64,000 bases of DNA from Macrostomum lignano (Eukaryota), in assembly GCA_002269645.1 (NCBI GenBank), contig NIVC01003901.1, positions 38,050 to 102,049 on the forward strand. Direction: 5' to 3'. A program made the translations under genes and the position numbers. A model generated the notes under the pieces. That model was not told where the DNA came from, made no database searches, and saw only the letters and a list, made by a program, of their open reading frames with translations. Below, piece by piece: positions 1 through 18,439 of this stretch (its first letter is position 1; every line of letters starts with the position of its first letter).

Positions 1-2503
1 TCGCTTCGTCGGACGGTGCGGAGCGGCGCACCTTGCGGGCCCAGCAGCAGGCGAGCAGTCCAGGTGGCCGCCGCACAACTCCTGCTGCCGCTGCCGCCGC
101 CGCCGCGGTGGCTGCCGCGCAGGCTCTGGCTTCGTCATCCACGACGGCTGGCGGTGGCGGTGGCGGTGGCGGCGGCGGCGGCGGCGGGGACGACGCTCAG
201 TCGAACGGACCACCAAGCTTCTCATGACGATCATCCTGGTCAGCGTGCTCAGCATTCTGCCCAGGTAAGTTCTTGCGCGCCTGACTGATGCTCTCATTAG
301 CGGTTCAGGAACTCCGAGCGATCAATCACCCTCAGTGAACTTGCAGCGGAAAAGTACACAGAGGTCACATCGAGCCGGGCTTCCTCTGAATTGTCGAGTC
401 TGACTGGTAATGAGAGCCCCTCCCCTCCCCCTCCAGTGACAAGCGCTGATATTGAGGCTCTTACGAGTATTTGGCCGCAGTGCCGGCCAAACTCGGAGGC
501 AAGACAAGCCTGGCGTGTCCTGTGGCGCAAGGATATTCGCTTTCGCAGGCTTCTGCGCCCTGCCGCCCCTCCGACTCGCATATTCCGCCTCGCAAACAAC
601 AGCTGTCTGGCCGCTAAAGCAGATGAGCGCTCACGGGCGACATCTGAGAGCCGCAGCTTTCACTTGCCAGCTCGGCTGCAAAGCCGGCGACTCGTTCCTA
701 GGAATAAACTGTCGATAGCGAGGCTCACTGATTAGGGCGGCAACTCATCTGCCCGTCAGCAGTTCGATTTTCTTTCCCTGCCCCCGGCTTCCTGCCGCCG
801 AGCAGAGGCTGAGCAGATCGGCTCCTGCAGAGTTCTGCTCAGCGATTTGACCGCTTGGCTGAGCACTGGCCGAGCACTGCTCTGCCTTCTACTGCTCACA
901 TTTTTCTACTCATAAATATCTAGGACCTTTATTGCTTCCGTGTTTAATCAACTCACTCTTATTATTTATCTCATTTTGCTTCCACAGCTTTTCTTCCTGC
1001 TTCTTCTCCGTCTCCGTAATTTCGTCTCATCCTCACCCTCTCATTCACCCTCTCCCTCACCCTCTCCCTCACCCTCTCCCTCACCCTCTCCCTCACCCTC
1101 TCCCTCACCCTCTCCTTCACCCTCTCATTCACCCTCTCCCTCACCCTCTCCCTCACCCTCTCCCTCACCCTCTCATTCACCCTCTCCCTCACCCTCTCCC
1201 TCACCCTCTCATTCACCCTCTCCCTCACCCTCTCCCTCACCCTCTCATTCACCCTCTCCCTCACCCTCTCCCTCACCCTCTCCCTCACCCTCTCCCTCAC
1301 CCTCTCCCTCACCCTCTCCCTCACCCTCTCCCTCACCCTCTCTCTCACCCTCTCCCTCATCCTCTCCCACACTCTCTCTTTCATAATCACCCTCTCCTTC
1401 ACCCTCACCCTCTTCCTCACCCTAACCTTCTTGCGCACCCTGAAGCCACGGCGGCTCAAGCTCAATCTTGAGCTTCAAGACTTCCCTGATCTTCCCCATC
1501 TGGTTACTTCCCTCTGCTCCCACAAAAATGCATCGGGCCGACTTGCCTCAGCTCGCAACGAATGGCATATTTTCAGCCTTTCAATCAGCAATTCGAGCTC
1601 TCAGCACTGCTTGTTTGCGTCATTTGTTTTCAATAATGTGAGCCTTGTTTACTTCTCCCGAGTGTGCAGTCGCGGGAAGCCCTGCGCTCTTTTAGCAACG
1701 TCCTCTCTTGTCTATTTTTCATCCATTTGAGAGCCAAAGAAGAGCTGAGGAGCAAAACTGCCATGCACTTTTATCAGGACTGGGATTTTGGCTCGGGGCG
1801 CTGGAAGTATTTTTGCCAAGATTATGCGGGTCATCAGCATTTCCAGACAGAACGGGTCATAAAATTCTCATCCAGCTTCCTGCTTCATCAAAAACTGGCC
1901 AACAGCTCGGCAGTTTCCCTTCGTCTGGCTTTGCGCTCCCCAGGGCGTCATTTTCCTGGTGCTCGGCTCGCTGTCGTCCCAGCAGGCGAAGAACTGCTTC
2001 ACCAGCCAGTTCTACGACCCCCTGGGAGATCTGTTCGACCTCATGACGCTGTTCAACCACAGCATCAACTTCATCTTCTACTACGGCATGTCCAAGCAGT
2101 TCCGCACCGCCTTCGACCGCCTGCTGCGACTCGCTTGCTTCCGCGGCGGCGGTGGCGGTGGCGGCGGTGGCGTCGGCGTCAGGGCGGCGGTGCTGGAGGA
2201 GGCGGTGGCGGCTGCGGCGGCGGCAATGGTGGCGCGGGTGGCGGCAGCGGCGTGGGAGAATGGAGGAAGCGGCGCTGGCGGTCGCGGCAGATGGATTCGA
2301 TCGGGTCGTCGCTGAGGTCAACCCTCCATAGCTCGGCCTCCGCCTCCGCCTCCCTGCGCGGGGCCCGCAACGGCGGAGCTGCGGCTGAAGCGGCGGACGC
2401 TAATTCGGCAACTTCAAAGGCGGTTGCGGCCGCAGACGTGGCTGCGGAGGCCGAGACTGGTGGCCACGTGCTGGAGCCGCTGCTCGAAGATAGCGCGGTC
2501 TGA
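1..2503 (+). CDS. Class A neuropeptide GPCR (myosuppressin/DmsR-FMRFamide receptor-like), 3' part: exon <1..264 (ICL3+TM6) and terminal exon 1944..2503 (TM7+tail); three apparent -1 frameshifts
   Basis: Exon A reads ..[19 protein letters not shown] then GTAAGT at 265. Exon B follows CAG at 1941-1943 and reads [39 protein letters not shown], matching the LPQG (TM6) and NxxINFxxYxxMSxQFR (TM7) pattern of this family. A continuous frame needs +1 nt near 206, 262 and 2285. Confidence 0.85.
1030..1420. repeat. 12-bp minisatellite (TCACCCTCTCCC)n in GPCR intron
   Basis: Tandem unit read directly; explains the spurious HPLP/SPSP/RVRE ORFs. Confidence 0.95.
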
Positions 2504-2612
2504 CCTTGACCTCTGTGACCTCTGTGACCTTTTTGACATTGACCGTGTTGACTGTGACTGGAACCTATCAGACATTTTACAAGCAGTAGGACTAAAAATG
2601 GTAATTCGTAGG

Positions 2613-3600
2613 CAGCACTCTCCCTCATTGGCACTCTCCCTCATTGGCACTCTCCCTCATTGGCACTCTTCCTCATTGGCACTCTCCCTCATTGGCACTC
2701 TCCCTCATTGGCACTCTCCCTCATTGGCACTCTTCCTCATTGGCACTCTCCCTCATTGGCACTCTCCCTCATTGGCACTCTCCCTCATTGGCACTCTCCC
2801 TCATTGACACTCTCCCTCATTGGCACTCTCCCTCATTGGCACTCTCCCTCATTGGCACTCTCCCTCATTAGCACTCTCCCTCATTGGCACTCTCCCTCAT
2901 TAGCACTCTCCCTCATTGGCACTCCCTGCTTGGCACTCTCCCTGCCTAGCACTCACCCTGCTTAGCACTCACCCTGCTTAGCACTCTCCCTGCTTAGCAC
3001 TCAACCTGTTTGCCACTCCCTGCTTGTCCCTCCCTGCTTGGCACTCCCTGCTTAGCACTCACCCTGCTTAGCACTCACCCTGCTTAGCACTCACCCTGCT
3101 TAGCACTCACCCTGCTTAGCACTCACCCTGCTTAGCACTCACCCTGCTTAGCACTCTCCCTGCTTAGCACTCAACCTGTTTGCCACTCCCTGCTTGTCAC
3201 TCCCTGCTTGGCACTCCCTGCTTAGCACTCACCCTGCTTAGCACTCACCCTGCTTAGCACTCACCCTGCTTAGCACTCACCCTGCTTAGCACTCACCCTG
3301 CTTAGCACTCACCCTGCTTAGCACTCACCCTGCTTAGCACTCACCCTGCTTAGCACTCACCCTGCTTAGCACTCACCCTGCTTAGCACTCACCCTGCTTA
3401 GCACTCACCCTGCTTAGCACTCACCCTGCTTAGCACTCACCCTGCTTAGCACTCACCCTGCTTAGCACTCACCCTGCTTAGCACTCACCCTGCTTAGCAC
3501 TCACCCTGCTTAGCACTCACCCTGCTTAGCACTCACCCTGCTTAGCACTCAACCTGTTTGGCACTCCCTGCTTGTCACTCCCTGCTTGGCACTCCCTACT
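2613..3600. repeat. Two abutting related 16-bp arrays: (CTCATTGGCACTCTCC)n then (CTGCTTAGCACTCACC)n
   Basis: Units read directly; transition near 2930-2960. Confidence 0.95.
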
Positions 3601-4384
3601 TGGCACTCTTCCCACTGTTTGCTATGCTGCGCGGCTGATGACACGGCAGCTGCCCAAGTCCCCAGTCCACTTTCGCAACATTCCCCAAGCCAATGCCTGC
3701 TAGCACTAATTAGCCCGCTTTTCAACTCGGCAACACAGAGCCGTTTGTTAATTATTCTCTGCTCACTGCTCTCCGCGCGCATCGCACCGAACATTATTTT
3801 ATACGGCAACTCCGACCACAGGTCTAACTAATGCTGAGAGTCAGAGCTCTGTGAAACACATCGAACTGCTAGATTTCTATTTTCACTGAACTGACTGTTA
3901 CTCGTATTTGCCCCCCCCCCCAAGTAACTCGCTGACGTGGCAGTGCAGCTGCGCTGTTCAAAAGCGATTCGACCCAGTTGCAGGCTACTGTGTCGAATCG
4001 TCAGTGACACCCGCGCCTCCCCGCTGTGTCTACGGACCACCCTGCAGCTGTTTGGCGAATTGCCGGTTCATTGCACCGGGAGACGAGAATGGGTAAACAG
4101 TTGTTGCTAAATCTCTAAACAGGGCCAGGTTGCTGCTGTATAGCAGTGGCTTGAACCTGTGGCTGCAACAGCACGATTTCGGGTAGTTATAAACTAACCA
4201 TAGCTGATTTCTGTGAAATATCAGCAGTTTTTTGTATCCTAATCCAGACTTACCTGTGAAGTGTTAAAGTACACGCGAACTCAAACTTACGAGCGGCAAA
4301 TTCCGAGTTTTTTGGGTTGTCGATTTTTTTGGCATGCTAATGGACAGCTTGAGTGATGTAGAAGGCGCACTCGCTGGCGGTGCC

Positions 4385-5415
4385 AACGAAGCCAGACCCA
4401 ATGCGACAGAAACAGACCCAATGGCACAGGTACAGAACCAATATCATAGACACAGACCCAATGGCACACGTACAGAACCAATGTCATAGACACAGACCCA
4501 ATGCCACAGACCCAATGCCACAGACCCAATGCCACAGACAGACACAATGCCACAGACAGACCCAATGCCACAGACCCAATGCCACAGACAGACACAATGC
4601 CACAGACCCAATGCCATAGACCCAATGCCCCAGACACAATGCCATAGACGCAATGCCATACACCCAATGCCACAGACAGACCCAATGCCATAGACCCAAT
4701 GCCCCAGACACAATGCCATAGACGCAATGCCATACACCCAATGCCACAGACACAATGCCATAGACGCAATGCCATACACCCAATGCCACAGACAGACACA
4801 ATGCCATAGACACAATGTCATACACCCAATGCCACAGACAGACACAATGCCATAGACCCAATGCCACAGACCCAATGTCACAGACCCAATGCCACAGACC
4901 CAATGCCACAGACCCAATGCCACAGACAGACCCAATGCCATAGACCCAATGCCCCAGACACAATGCCATAGACGCAATGCCATACACCCAATGCCACAGA
5001 CAGACCCAATGCCATAGACCCAATGCCCCAAACACAATGCCATAGACGCAATGCCATACACCCAATGCCACAGACAGACACAATGCCATAGACCCAATGC
5101 CACAGACCCAATGCCACAGACAGACACAATGCCCCAGACCCAATGTCACAGACCCAATGCCATACACCCAATGCCACAGACCCAATGCCACAGACAGACA
5201 CAATGCCACAGACAGACACAATGCCACAGACAGACACAATGCCCCAGACCCAATGTCACAGACCCAATGCCATACACCCAATGCCACAGACCCAATGCCA
5301 CAGACAGACACAATGCCACAGACAGACACAATGCCACAGACAGACACAATGCCACAGACCCAATGCCATAGACACAATGCCATACACCCAATGCCACAGA
5401 CCCAGTGTCACAGAC
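4385..5415. repeat. 14-bp-based minisatellite (CCCAATGCCACAGA)n with variants
   Basis: Tandem unit read directly. Confidence 0.95.
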
Positions 5416-5784
5416 AGGAGACGTGAACTGTGACACTGGGTGTGACACTGCCAATTTAGTCGTGTTTCAGACAGTAATTATGAATCAAGCAGGCTTGAAG
5501 TGCACGTTCACGTTTTACGGTTGAACTAGCAGAGACTGCCTGAGTTCAGCCTCTCTAGTAATGCTTCGGGTATCGCAAAGGCTGAGGTCTCCAAGGCTGC
5601 CATTAGAGAGGCAGTCTGACTAATTAAAGCAGCTCTGCTGTGGCCGGGTAATTAGGCAGGGGAGTGGCTGGGCGGAGGCGGGCCTTCAAAAGGCACCAGC
5701 GCTGCTTTCGCTTTGCCTAATGCTTCACTGCACTTTGCCCGCACTAGCATTGTTCTGTTGCACTACTGAGCTCAGAATGTTTTG

Positions 5785-6474
5785 GGCTTTGGGTTTGTGT
5801 CTGTGGCATTAGGTCTGTGGCATTGGGTCTGTGGCATTGGGTCTGTGGCATTGGGTCTGTGGCATTGGGTGTATGGCATTGTGTCTATGGCATTGTGTCT
5901 GTGGTATTGTGTCTGTGGCATTGTCTGTTACACTGTGTGACACTGTCTGTGACACTGTCTGTGACACTGTCTGTGACACTGTCTGTGACACTGTCTGTGA
6001 CACTGTCTGTGACACTGTCTGTGACACTGTCTGTGACACTGTCTGTGACACTGTCTGTGACACTGTCTGTGACACTGTCTGTGACACTGTCTGTGACACT
6101 GTCTGTGACACTGTCTGTGACACTGTCTGTGACACTGTCTGTGACACTGTCTGTGACACTGTCTGTGACACTGTCTGTGACACTGTCTGTGACACTGTCT
6201 GTGACACTGTCTGTGACACTGTCTGTGACACTGTCTGTGACACTGTCTGTGACACTGTCTGTGACACTGTCTGTGACACTGTCTGTGACACTGTCTGTGA
6301 CACTGTCTGTGACACTGTCTGTGACACTGTCTGTGACACTGTCTGTGACACTGTCTGTGACACTGTCTGTGACACTGTCTGTGACACTGTCTGTGACACT
6401 GTCTGTGACACTGTCTGTGACACTGTCTGTGACACTGTCTGTGACACTGTCTGTGACACTGTCTGTGACACTGT
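5785..6474. repeat. Reverse-complement copy of the 14-bp array (TCTGTGGCATTGGG, 5785-5925) grading into a pure 12-bp array (GTGACACTGTCT)n
   Basis: Units read directly. Confidence 0.95.
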
Positions 6475-7412
6475 AAGCTCGGATCGTCCACAGTTTCTCA
6501 GCTTCGTTCTTCCGATCCATTCTGAAATCGACCCTCAAAAGATGAAAGACAGTAAAGCCTGAGTTTCTAATTTAGCAAATAAATATGCAGCCGAATGCAG
6601 TTCGGAGGCGCGGTGGATTTCAGCTGACACTGAGTCGAGTCAGCTGATGTTTCACTATTTAAAGCGCAAAGCATTTCCTGGACAACCGGCTACTGTACAC
6701 AAATCGCAGTTGGAAAGGCGCAAAGAATAGCAAAACAGAGAAACATCGAGTCTTTCATGGCTAGAAGCAATTAAATTAGCGACTTAGACAGAGGTATGAG
6801 AAAGTTAAGGTTCGCAGAGGGGACAGCGGGCAAAGCAAAAATTGTTGCTATCGTGTAGAATTTGCTACGAAATTCAGTTCCTATTATCAAATTAATTCTA
6901 AGCTGCCGCTATCTTGCTACTAACAGTAGTGAGTGGCGGCGGGCGAAATTCGCAAAGCGGAGAAGGCGGGTCCGGGCTGCGGGAGGCCAAGGCGAGCGCA
7001 CAGTGCAGAATAAGTTGTCATGGACAGCTATGACCGCGGACGCAAACTGCAGGAGCTCTGTGAGTTCGGTGAGGGAGACATGTATGGCTGCCAATCTACA
7101 ATGCCAGCAAGCATAGGCGGAATACTGCCAGCCGGGCCGGGGCTCAAGGCTGCTGGTTAGAACTGGAACGAATGCCAAACAGAGGAACAAAACTTGAATG
7201 CAACAAACATATCAGATAATCTGCACAGCAACTACAGAGCATTTTTGTCAGTCAGTGAAAGCGAGAAGCGCAGCGGTGGGTCCGAGGATGAGGCGGCCAT
7301 CAGAGTCTTAGCAACAGTTTTTTTTCCAAATGAATCTCGGCACACTTTGAAACAGTTCCGTATCCAAAGGGAAACTTGCGGTTGCTATGCTGTTGACAGG
7401 CTGGCCAAGCCG

Positions 7413-12266
<4,854 letters not shown>

Positions 12267-12318
12267 TCTGAAATGAGAAGTTTGTTTACTTTTTGGTAAA
12301 GTATTTGTATATGTGCAT

Positions 12319-12692
<374 letters not shown>

Positions 12693-15621
12693 CCACTCCA
12701 TCGATAACTTGTTCTACCGAAGTCTTTACGCCCCAAATCCAATTGGTTTAACCCCAGAGGGGAAGAAGACCGGGCAGGGTATCCCACGCAAGACGCAGGC
12801 GCTGCTGCCCGCGCAGGCCCGGTTTCACTTTCCCGCCTTTGTCACGCGCGCCCCAAAGCTGTTCCATTAAAACAAAACACAGTCGGGCCTTTCCAGCTTC
12901 TCCACCCTTTTTCCATCCGATGGGGAAGAGAGTCTGAGCCCCGTGGGCCGGCTCTGGACTCGGACAGTATGGGATGCGGCGCTTGCCTTGGGCAGCTTAT
13001 CCAGCAAATGCCTATAAAAACTCTAACCGCCCAGCTCAAAAACAGTTGGCCTGTTGAAACTGGCAGTGTGCTGAAATCTGCGCCCGGGCTCCGCTGCGAT
13101 TGACCTGACTGGTGGGGCCGGGCTGGGCATTCCACAGCTGAGTGCTGCCCTTACACTAATCCGTACACTAATCCCCTGTGGATTAGCGTTAGAAGCAACA
13201 TGGATTTTAATGCATTTTTTTTCAATTCAAACTTGACACGCGCAAATCAGCTGATCGACGCTTCATTGTCTATGGGCCAAACCGGGCTATGATGGCAATT
13301 AGAATGAAAATGTGTCATTTCTGGGAACTCTCGTCAGCCGGAGCGTCAGCCACTAATTCCTAATAACTGCATTCATATTTCATGACTGATCCCAGCAATT
13401 TCCGATAGAAATGGGTTGCCGGTTGCGGAGGCGAGAAAAGAATAATATATTCCCTGGGAGCTGAGGACCGCGGAGCTAATCAAAACTCAGCAGTGGGATC
13501 GAATGCTGATCTGACCGGCCTCACGCAATGGGACCCACTCAGCCGCTGTGGTCAGTCCAACTCCAGAGCGACAACTCACACCAGGATGCTCAGGGATCTT
13601 AGCCCAAGCGGCACTCCCCAGCGGAAGCCGGGCCGGCACTTCAGCCGAGGCTCCGGCGCACTCACTTGGAAGACCAGCCAGCGCGACTTTCTCGCTGAAC
13701 TCGAGTGGCCGGTGGCGGCTATGCCAGGCGGGCGCGGCAGAGCGGCTGCTCAGATGGAAGCATCGCCTCAAAGTGCTCCGCCGCGGGGCTAGCAGGGCTA
13801 TTGTGCTGCGGCAATTGTCAAAACTCGGCTGGCATGAGGAATCGCCGGCTCAAGAGATGCAAATTTGGCATCGCCAAAGCACAGAGGGGGAGGGGCTGCC
13901 TACTGCAGATAAATGGCTTGGGGCAGCGGGGAGCAAAGGGGGAGTGGGAGAGACCGGGGAAGGGAGAGGAGAGGTGCGGCTTGGGGAAGTCCTCCAGCGT
14001 ACGCGGCAGGCGGGGTTGGCGCCGGCCTGGGGGTGGACCGCAGCCCGGGCTGGTCGATGGTCCGTAGCCGCGAGGGCAGGGAGGGGGCGGCCTCCACTTT
14101 CCGTCGCCCAAGCCAGCGGCCACTCAGCAGGTCGGAGCCGCTGAAGTGGAGAGGCTGCCTCTCCCCCTCTCTGTCTCTACCCTCTCCTTCTCTATTTTTC
14201 TTTGCACAGGCAGGGAGGAGCTCCCACCGGTCCTTCAGCCGCACCGTTTCTCCTCAGCACACACTGAGCGCCCGTCCCACTCTGACAATAATTCCACAAT
14301 GGGCATGCGGGGCTTTTAGTGGGCGTTTCTTATCTCATTCTCCTTTGACGATGAAATGTTTAATCAGCGGCCACTCGGAAGAACTGCCGGGCCAATAGCC
14401 TGGATGCGTGAATTAAAATGCGAAAATGGGACAGTTGTGAGCCGAGGCACTGAGGTACTTTAGCGCTGGCCAGGGAGAGCCGGTGCTCCTGCCGCTGGGC
14501 TGCTCTTATCTGGGGCTGCGGATCGGGCCGGCCTGGACTGCTGCCAAGCTGCCGATGCGTCAGCGACGCGGAGCGGGGGCGGGGGAGGAAGGCTGAGTGA
14601 CGGCAGTCAGCGATCCCGAGGCGAGAGGCGGGCTGACGAGCCCCCGCTAAACGGCAGAAGCTGAGGAGAAGAGAGTCGAAGAAAGAAAGAAAGAACGAAG
14701 GCTGCTGGCTAAAAAAGGTGCCGAAAGCAAGCCGAACCTCTGCCAGCGGGCGGGAGGAAAACAAAGGACTTCGGCTGGATTAAAAATAGAATCGAGGATT
14801 TGGGAAGGGAGCGGTTAGCGAGGAAGCGAGAGATTAGAGGGGGAGATTAGAGAGGAGAGAAGAGAGAGGAGAGAGGAGAGGGGAGAGGGAAGAAAGGAGA
14901 GGGGAGAAAAGAGATGGGAGAAAAGAGAGGGTAAAGAGGAGGTTGAGAGGGAAAAGGAGCCTGGAGGAAGCAGGGGATCGAGAAGACATGAGATTGATCT
15001 GGACTGCACTGAAAGAGGAAAGCGCTGCTGAACCAGGGCGCAACAAACCGGAGCAGTCCTGCCTGCCGGGCAAGCCTGGAGGCTGAGGGGCAGTGGAAGC
15101 ATTAATATTTATCGCCTCTGAACGGTCCAGCTGCCTCCGATCCGTCATCCCTGAACCAGCGCTCCCCCAGCCGAGCTTCCGGCAGGCGGACTTCTCCCGC
15201 TGACCCGGGGCGCGGCAGGTCCGCCGCTTCGAGAGCAAGCAGCAATCGATGCCGCACTGTCGAAGGATTTTGTTGCAGCCGGCTCTGCTTTTGCAGACAA
15301 GTTTCAGCGGCTATTCTTTTCGTTTTTCGTCTATTTTTAGCAGCAAGTTTTCTTTCATGTATTTGCTCTGCTATTGCCCTGTTTGTGAGCAAACTCGCCT
15401 GCCCCTTGCCTGGGGCGGCCTGAGGCGGCCGGCCGGTCCAACTGAGCCGGGCAGGAAGCTGCGAACTGCTGCACCGTTGATGAGGGAGTGGCTGGAAACT
15501 GGGCGAAGACGAGAACGAGACCTGAATGCGAAATGATGAAGGAGTCTTCCTGGAAAAGGAGGGCTGAGCAGCTTTGTGCGCTCAACACTGGAGAGTTTGC
15601 TGCTCAGCTAAGGGTGAGGGA

Positions 15622-17000
15622 TCTGGTGTGACTCTGAGGTGACTGATGTGACTCTGACGTGACTGGTGTGACTCTGAGGTGACTGATGTGACTCTGACGT
15701 GACTGGTGTGACTCTGAGGTGACTGATGTGACTCTGACGTGACTGGTGTGACTCTGAGGTGACTGATGTGACTCTGACGTGACTGGTGTGACTCTGAGGT
15801 GACTGATGTGACTCTGACGTGACTGGTGTGACTCTGAGGTGACTGATGTGACTCTGAGGTGACGGATGTGACTCTGACGTGACTGGTGTGACTCTGAGGT
15901 GACTGATGTGACTCTGACGTGACTGGTGTGACTCTGAGGTGACTGATGTGACTCTGAGGTGACTGGTGTGACTCTGACGTGACTGGTGTGACTCTGAGGT
16001 GACTGATGTGACTCTGAGGTGACGGATGTGACTCTGACGTGACTGATGTGACTCTGAGGTGACTGGTGTGACTCTGACGTGACTGGTGTGACTCTGAGGT
16101 GACTGATGTGACTCTGACGTGACTGGTGTGACTCTGAGGTGACTGATGTGACTCTGAGGTGACTGGTGTGACTCTGAGGTGACTGATGTGACTCTGACGT
16201 GACTGGTGTGACTCTGAGGTGACTGATGTGACTCTGAGGTGACTGGTGTGACTCTGACGTGACTGATGTGACTCTGAGGTGACGGATGTGACTCTGACGT
16301 GACTGATGTGACTCTGACGTGACTGGTGTGACTCTGACGTGACTGATGTGACTCTGAGGTGACTGATGTGACTCTGACGTGACTGGTGTGACTCTGAGGT
16401 GACGGATGTGACTCTGACGTGACTGATGTGACTCTGATGTGACTGGTGTGACTCTGAGGTGACTCCAGGGTTCTCTAGGGTGACTCATTCGAGAATAATT
16501 GGTGACTCATTCGAGAATAATTGGTGACTCATTCGAGAATAATTGGTGACTCATTGAAAATGATTGGTGACTCATTGAGAGTGATTGGTGACTCATTGAG
16601 AGTGATTGGTGACTCATTGAGAGTAATTGGTGACTCATTGAGAGTGATTGGTGACTCATTGAGAATGATTGGTGACTCATTGAGAGTGATTGGTGACTCA
16701 TTGAGAATGATTGGTGACTCATTGAGAATGATTGGTGACTCATTGAGAGTGATTGGTGACTCATTGAGAATGATTGGTGACTCATTGAGAATGATTGGTG
16801 ACTCATTGAGAATGATTGGTGACTCATCGAGAATGATTGGTGACTCATTGAGAATGATTGGTGACTCATTGAGAGTGATTGGTGACTCATTGAGAATGAT
16901 TGGTGACTCATCGAGAATGATTGGTGACTCATTGAAAATGATTGGTGACTCATTGAGAATGATTGGTGACTCATTGAGAATGATTGGTGACTCATTGAGA
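15622..17000. repeat. 20-bp array (GTGACTCTGAGGTGACTGAT) followed by 21-bp array (GGTGACTCATTGAGAATGATT)
   Basis: Units read directly; switch at ~16470; both share the GTGACTC core. Confidence 0.95.
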
Positions 17001-18439
17001 ATAGCAGTTTGATAGCTGGCTATATTTCGCCGGTGCTGTCTGCAATTCACTACTCACGGCCGAAACGGGGAGAGTTGCGAATCGATAGCTGAGACTGGAG
17101 AACGGAAAGGGGTCGCTGGCAGAGGAGGAGGCCGCGGCTTGCGTGTTGGGGAAGAAATGCGAGCTGGGAAGCCACTTGAGGTGCCAGAGAGGCCACCCCA
17201 GATGCCACTGCAGGCGCCCCAAGCAGACAATGCAAAAAGCTGGCTATATTGCGGCGCCCAGATGCAGTTGGGGACACGGCTGAGTGAAATTCCCGAGGCT
17301 CCGTGACCTGCGACTGCTGTTGCTGCTGTCTTCCCATTATTGTTGCCATGACAACTACCAACTGTATGGAGGATGATTTGACAGCGCTGACATCCCATCA
17401 GCGGGCTTCTATCGCTAAGATGAGGGCTTCGCTCACAAACTCTGCATTCAGTATGCCTCTGGGGGAAAAGCCACACAGCTAAAATAGTCAGGTCGAGTCG
17501 CGCTACTACTCGAGTCAGTAGTGATTGTCAATTGAAAACTAAGGCCGCCAACTTGCTGCCGAGGGGAGGGGGGGCAGAGCTCAGGGTCGCAGCACAATGG
17601 AAACTGGGGATTCACTAGCCGGGGAGGGGGTCGGAAGGCGTGAAAGCGGAGGCTGGATGGAGCAGGGAGGCTGGGACAGGCAGAGCCTCGCCCAGGCCAG
17701 GCCCGGAGACAAAGCGAGCTGTCTTGCTGGCAGCGGGTGATTCCCACCTGTTGGGAGCGGAAAGCAACATTGTTGGAGGGAGCTGCTGCTGGGGAGTTGC
17801 AGATAGAGGAGGGACTCCCGCTAGTCCCCGGACTGATGAGGAGCGAGAAGGAAGCTGGGGGCATCAGGGAAGGGAGAAAGTAGGGGTGGCAATGGAGAGA
17901 CGGAGAAGAGGGGAAGCAGCGCACAAGATTTTAGAAAATTTGAGTTGCTCAGCGCTGGCTGCGCGAGGCGGCCGGATAGCCGGGTTTGAAAAATTTTCCT
18001 CCTCAATAGGAAACAAAGAGAGGCCCGGAGCAGATAGGGGAAGAGGCGGACGGCAGAAGGCGAGGCCGGGAGGGAAACGCCTCAAGATTATTATCCGCTG
18101 CTTCGGGCCAGCAGCATCCGTTGGGAGTCACCTGCCAAGGAGGGCACGGCCTGAGCAGGGAGCAGCCTTCATAATCCTGCTCCCCATTTCTAACCTGCCC
18201 CACTGTTTGCCTAATCCCCCTGGCGCACGCTCGGGCCGCCAGTGTCACGAAATCACTGAGTTGACGGTCGCCCGAGGCGGGACGGCAGCTGTAGGGCGGA
18301 TGCAGCAGCGCAGGAGAGGAAAAGTGAGAAACTAAAAAAAGTATGTCAGCAAGAAGCCACCCACGCGGAGGTGGCTGACCCCCGCTGGTCTTGCAATGCG
18401 ATTGCATTGGCCAACTGCGGGGCAAAGTGATGCACCTTT

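Noticed and set aside
190-2300. Idea of C-insertion RNA editing or programmed frameshifting for the recurrent missing bases
   Set aside because: All cases are homopolymer contractions typical of long-read error, and there is no supporting signal.
5809-6562. Long periodic ORFs across arrays (also 932-1471, 4287-5454, 10186-11157, 15604-17050, 19696-21029, 21228-23421, 23836-24597, 26525-27424)
   Set aside because: Stop-free frames are a by-product of tandem repeats; they are open in several frames and on both strands.
15102-15392. 96-aa minus-strand ORF (RAIAEQIHERKLAAK..)
   Set aside because: No recognisable domain or clear splice partners; cannot be supported as a CDS.
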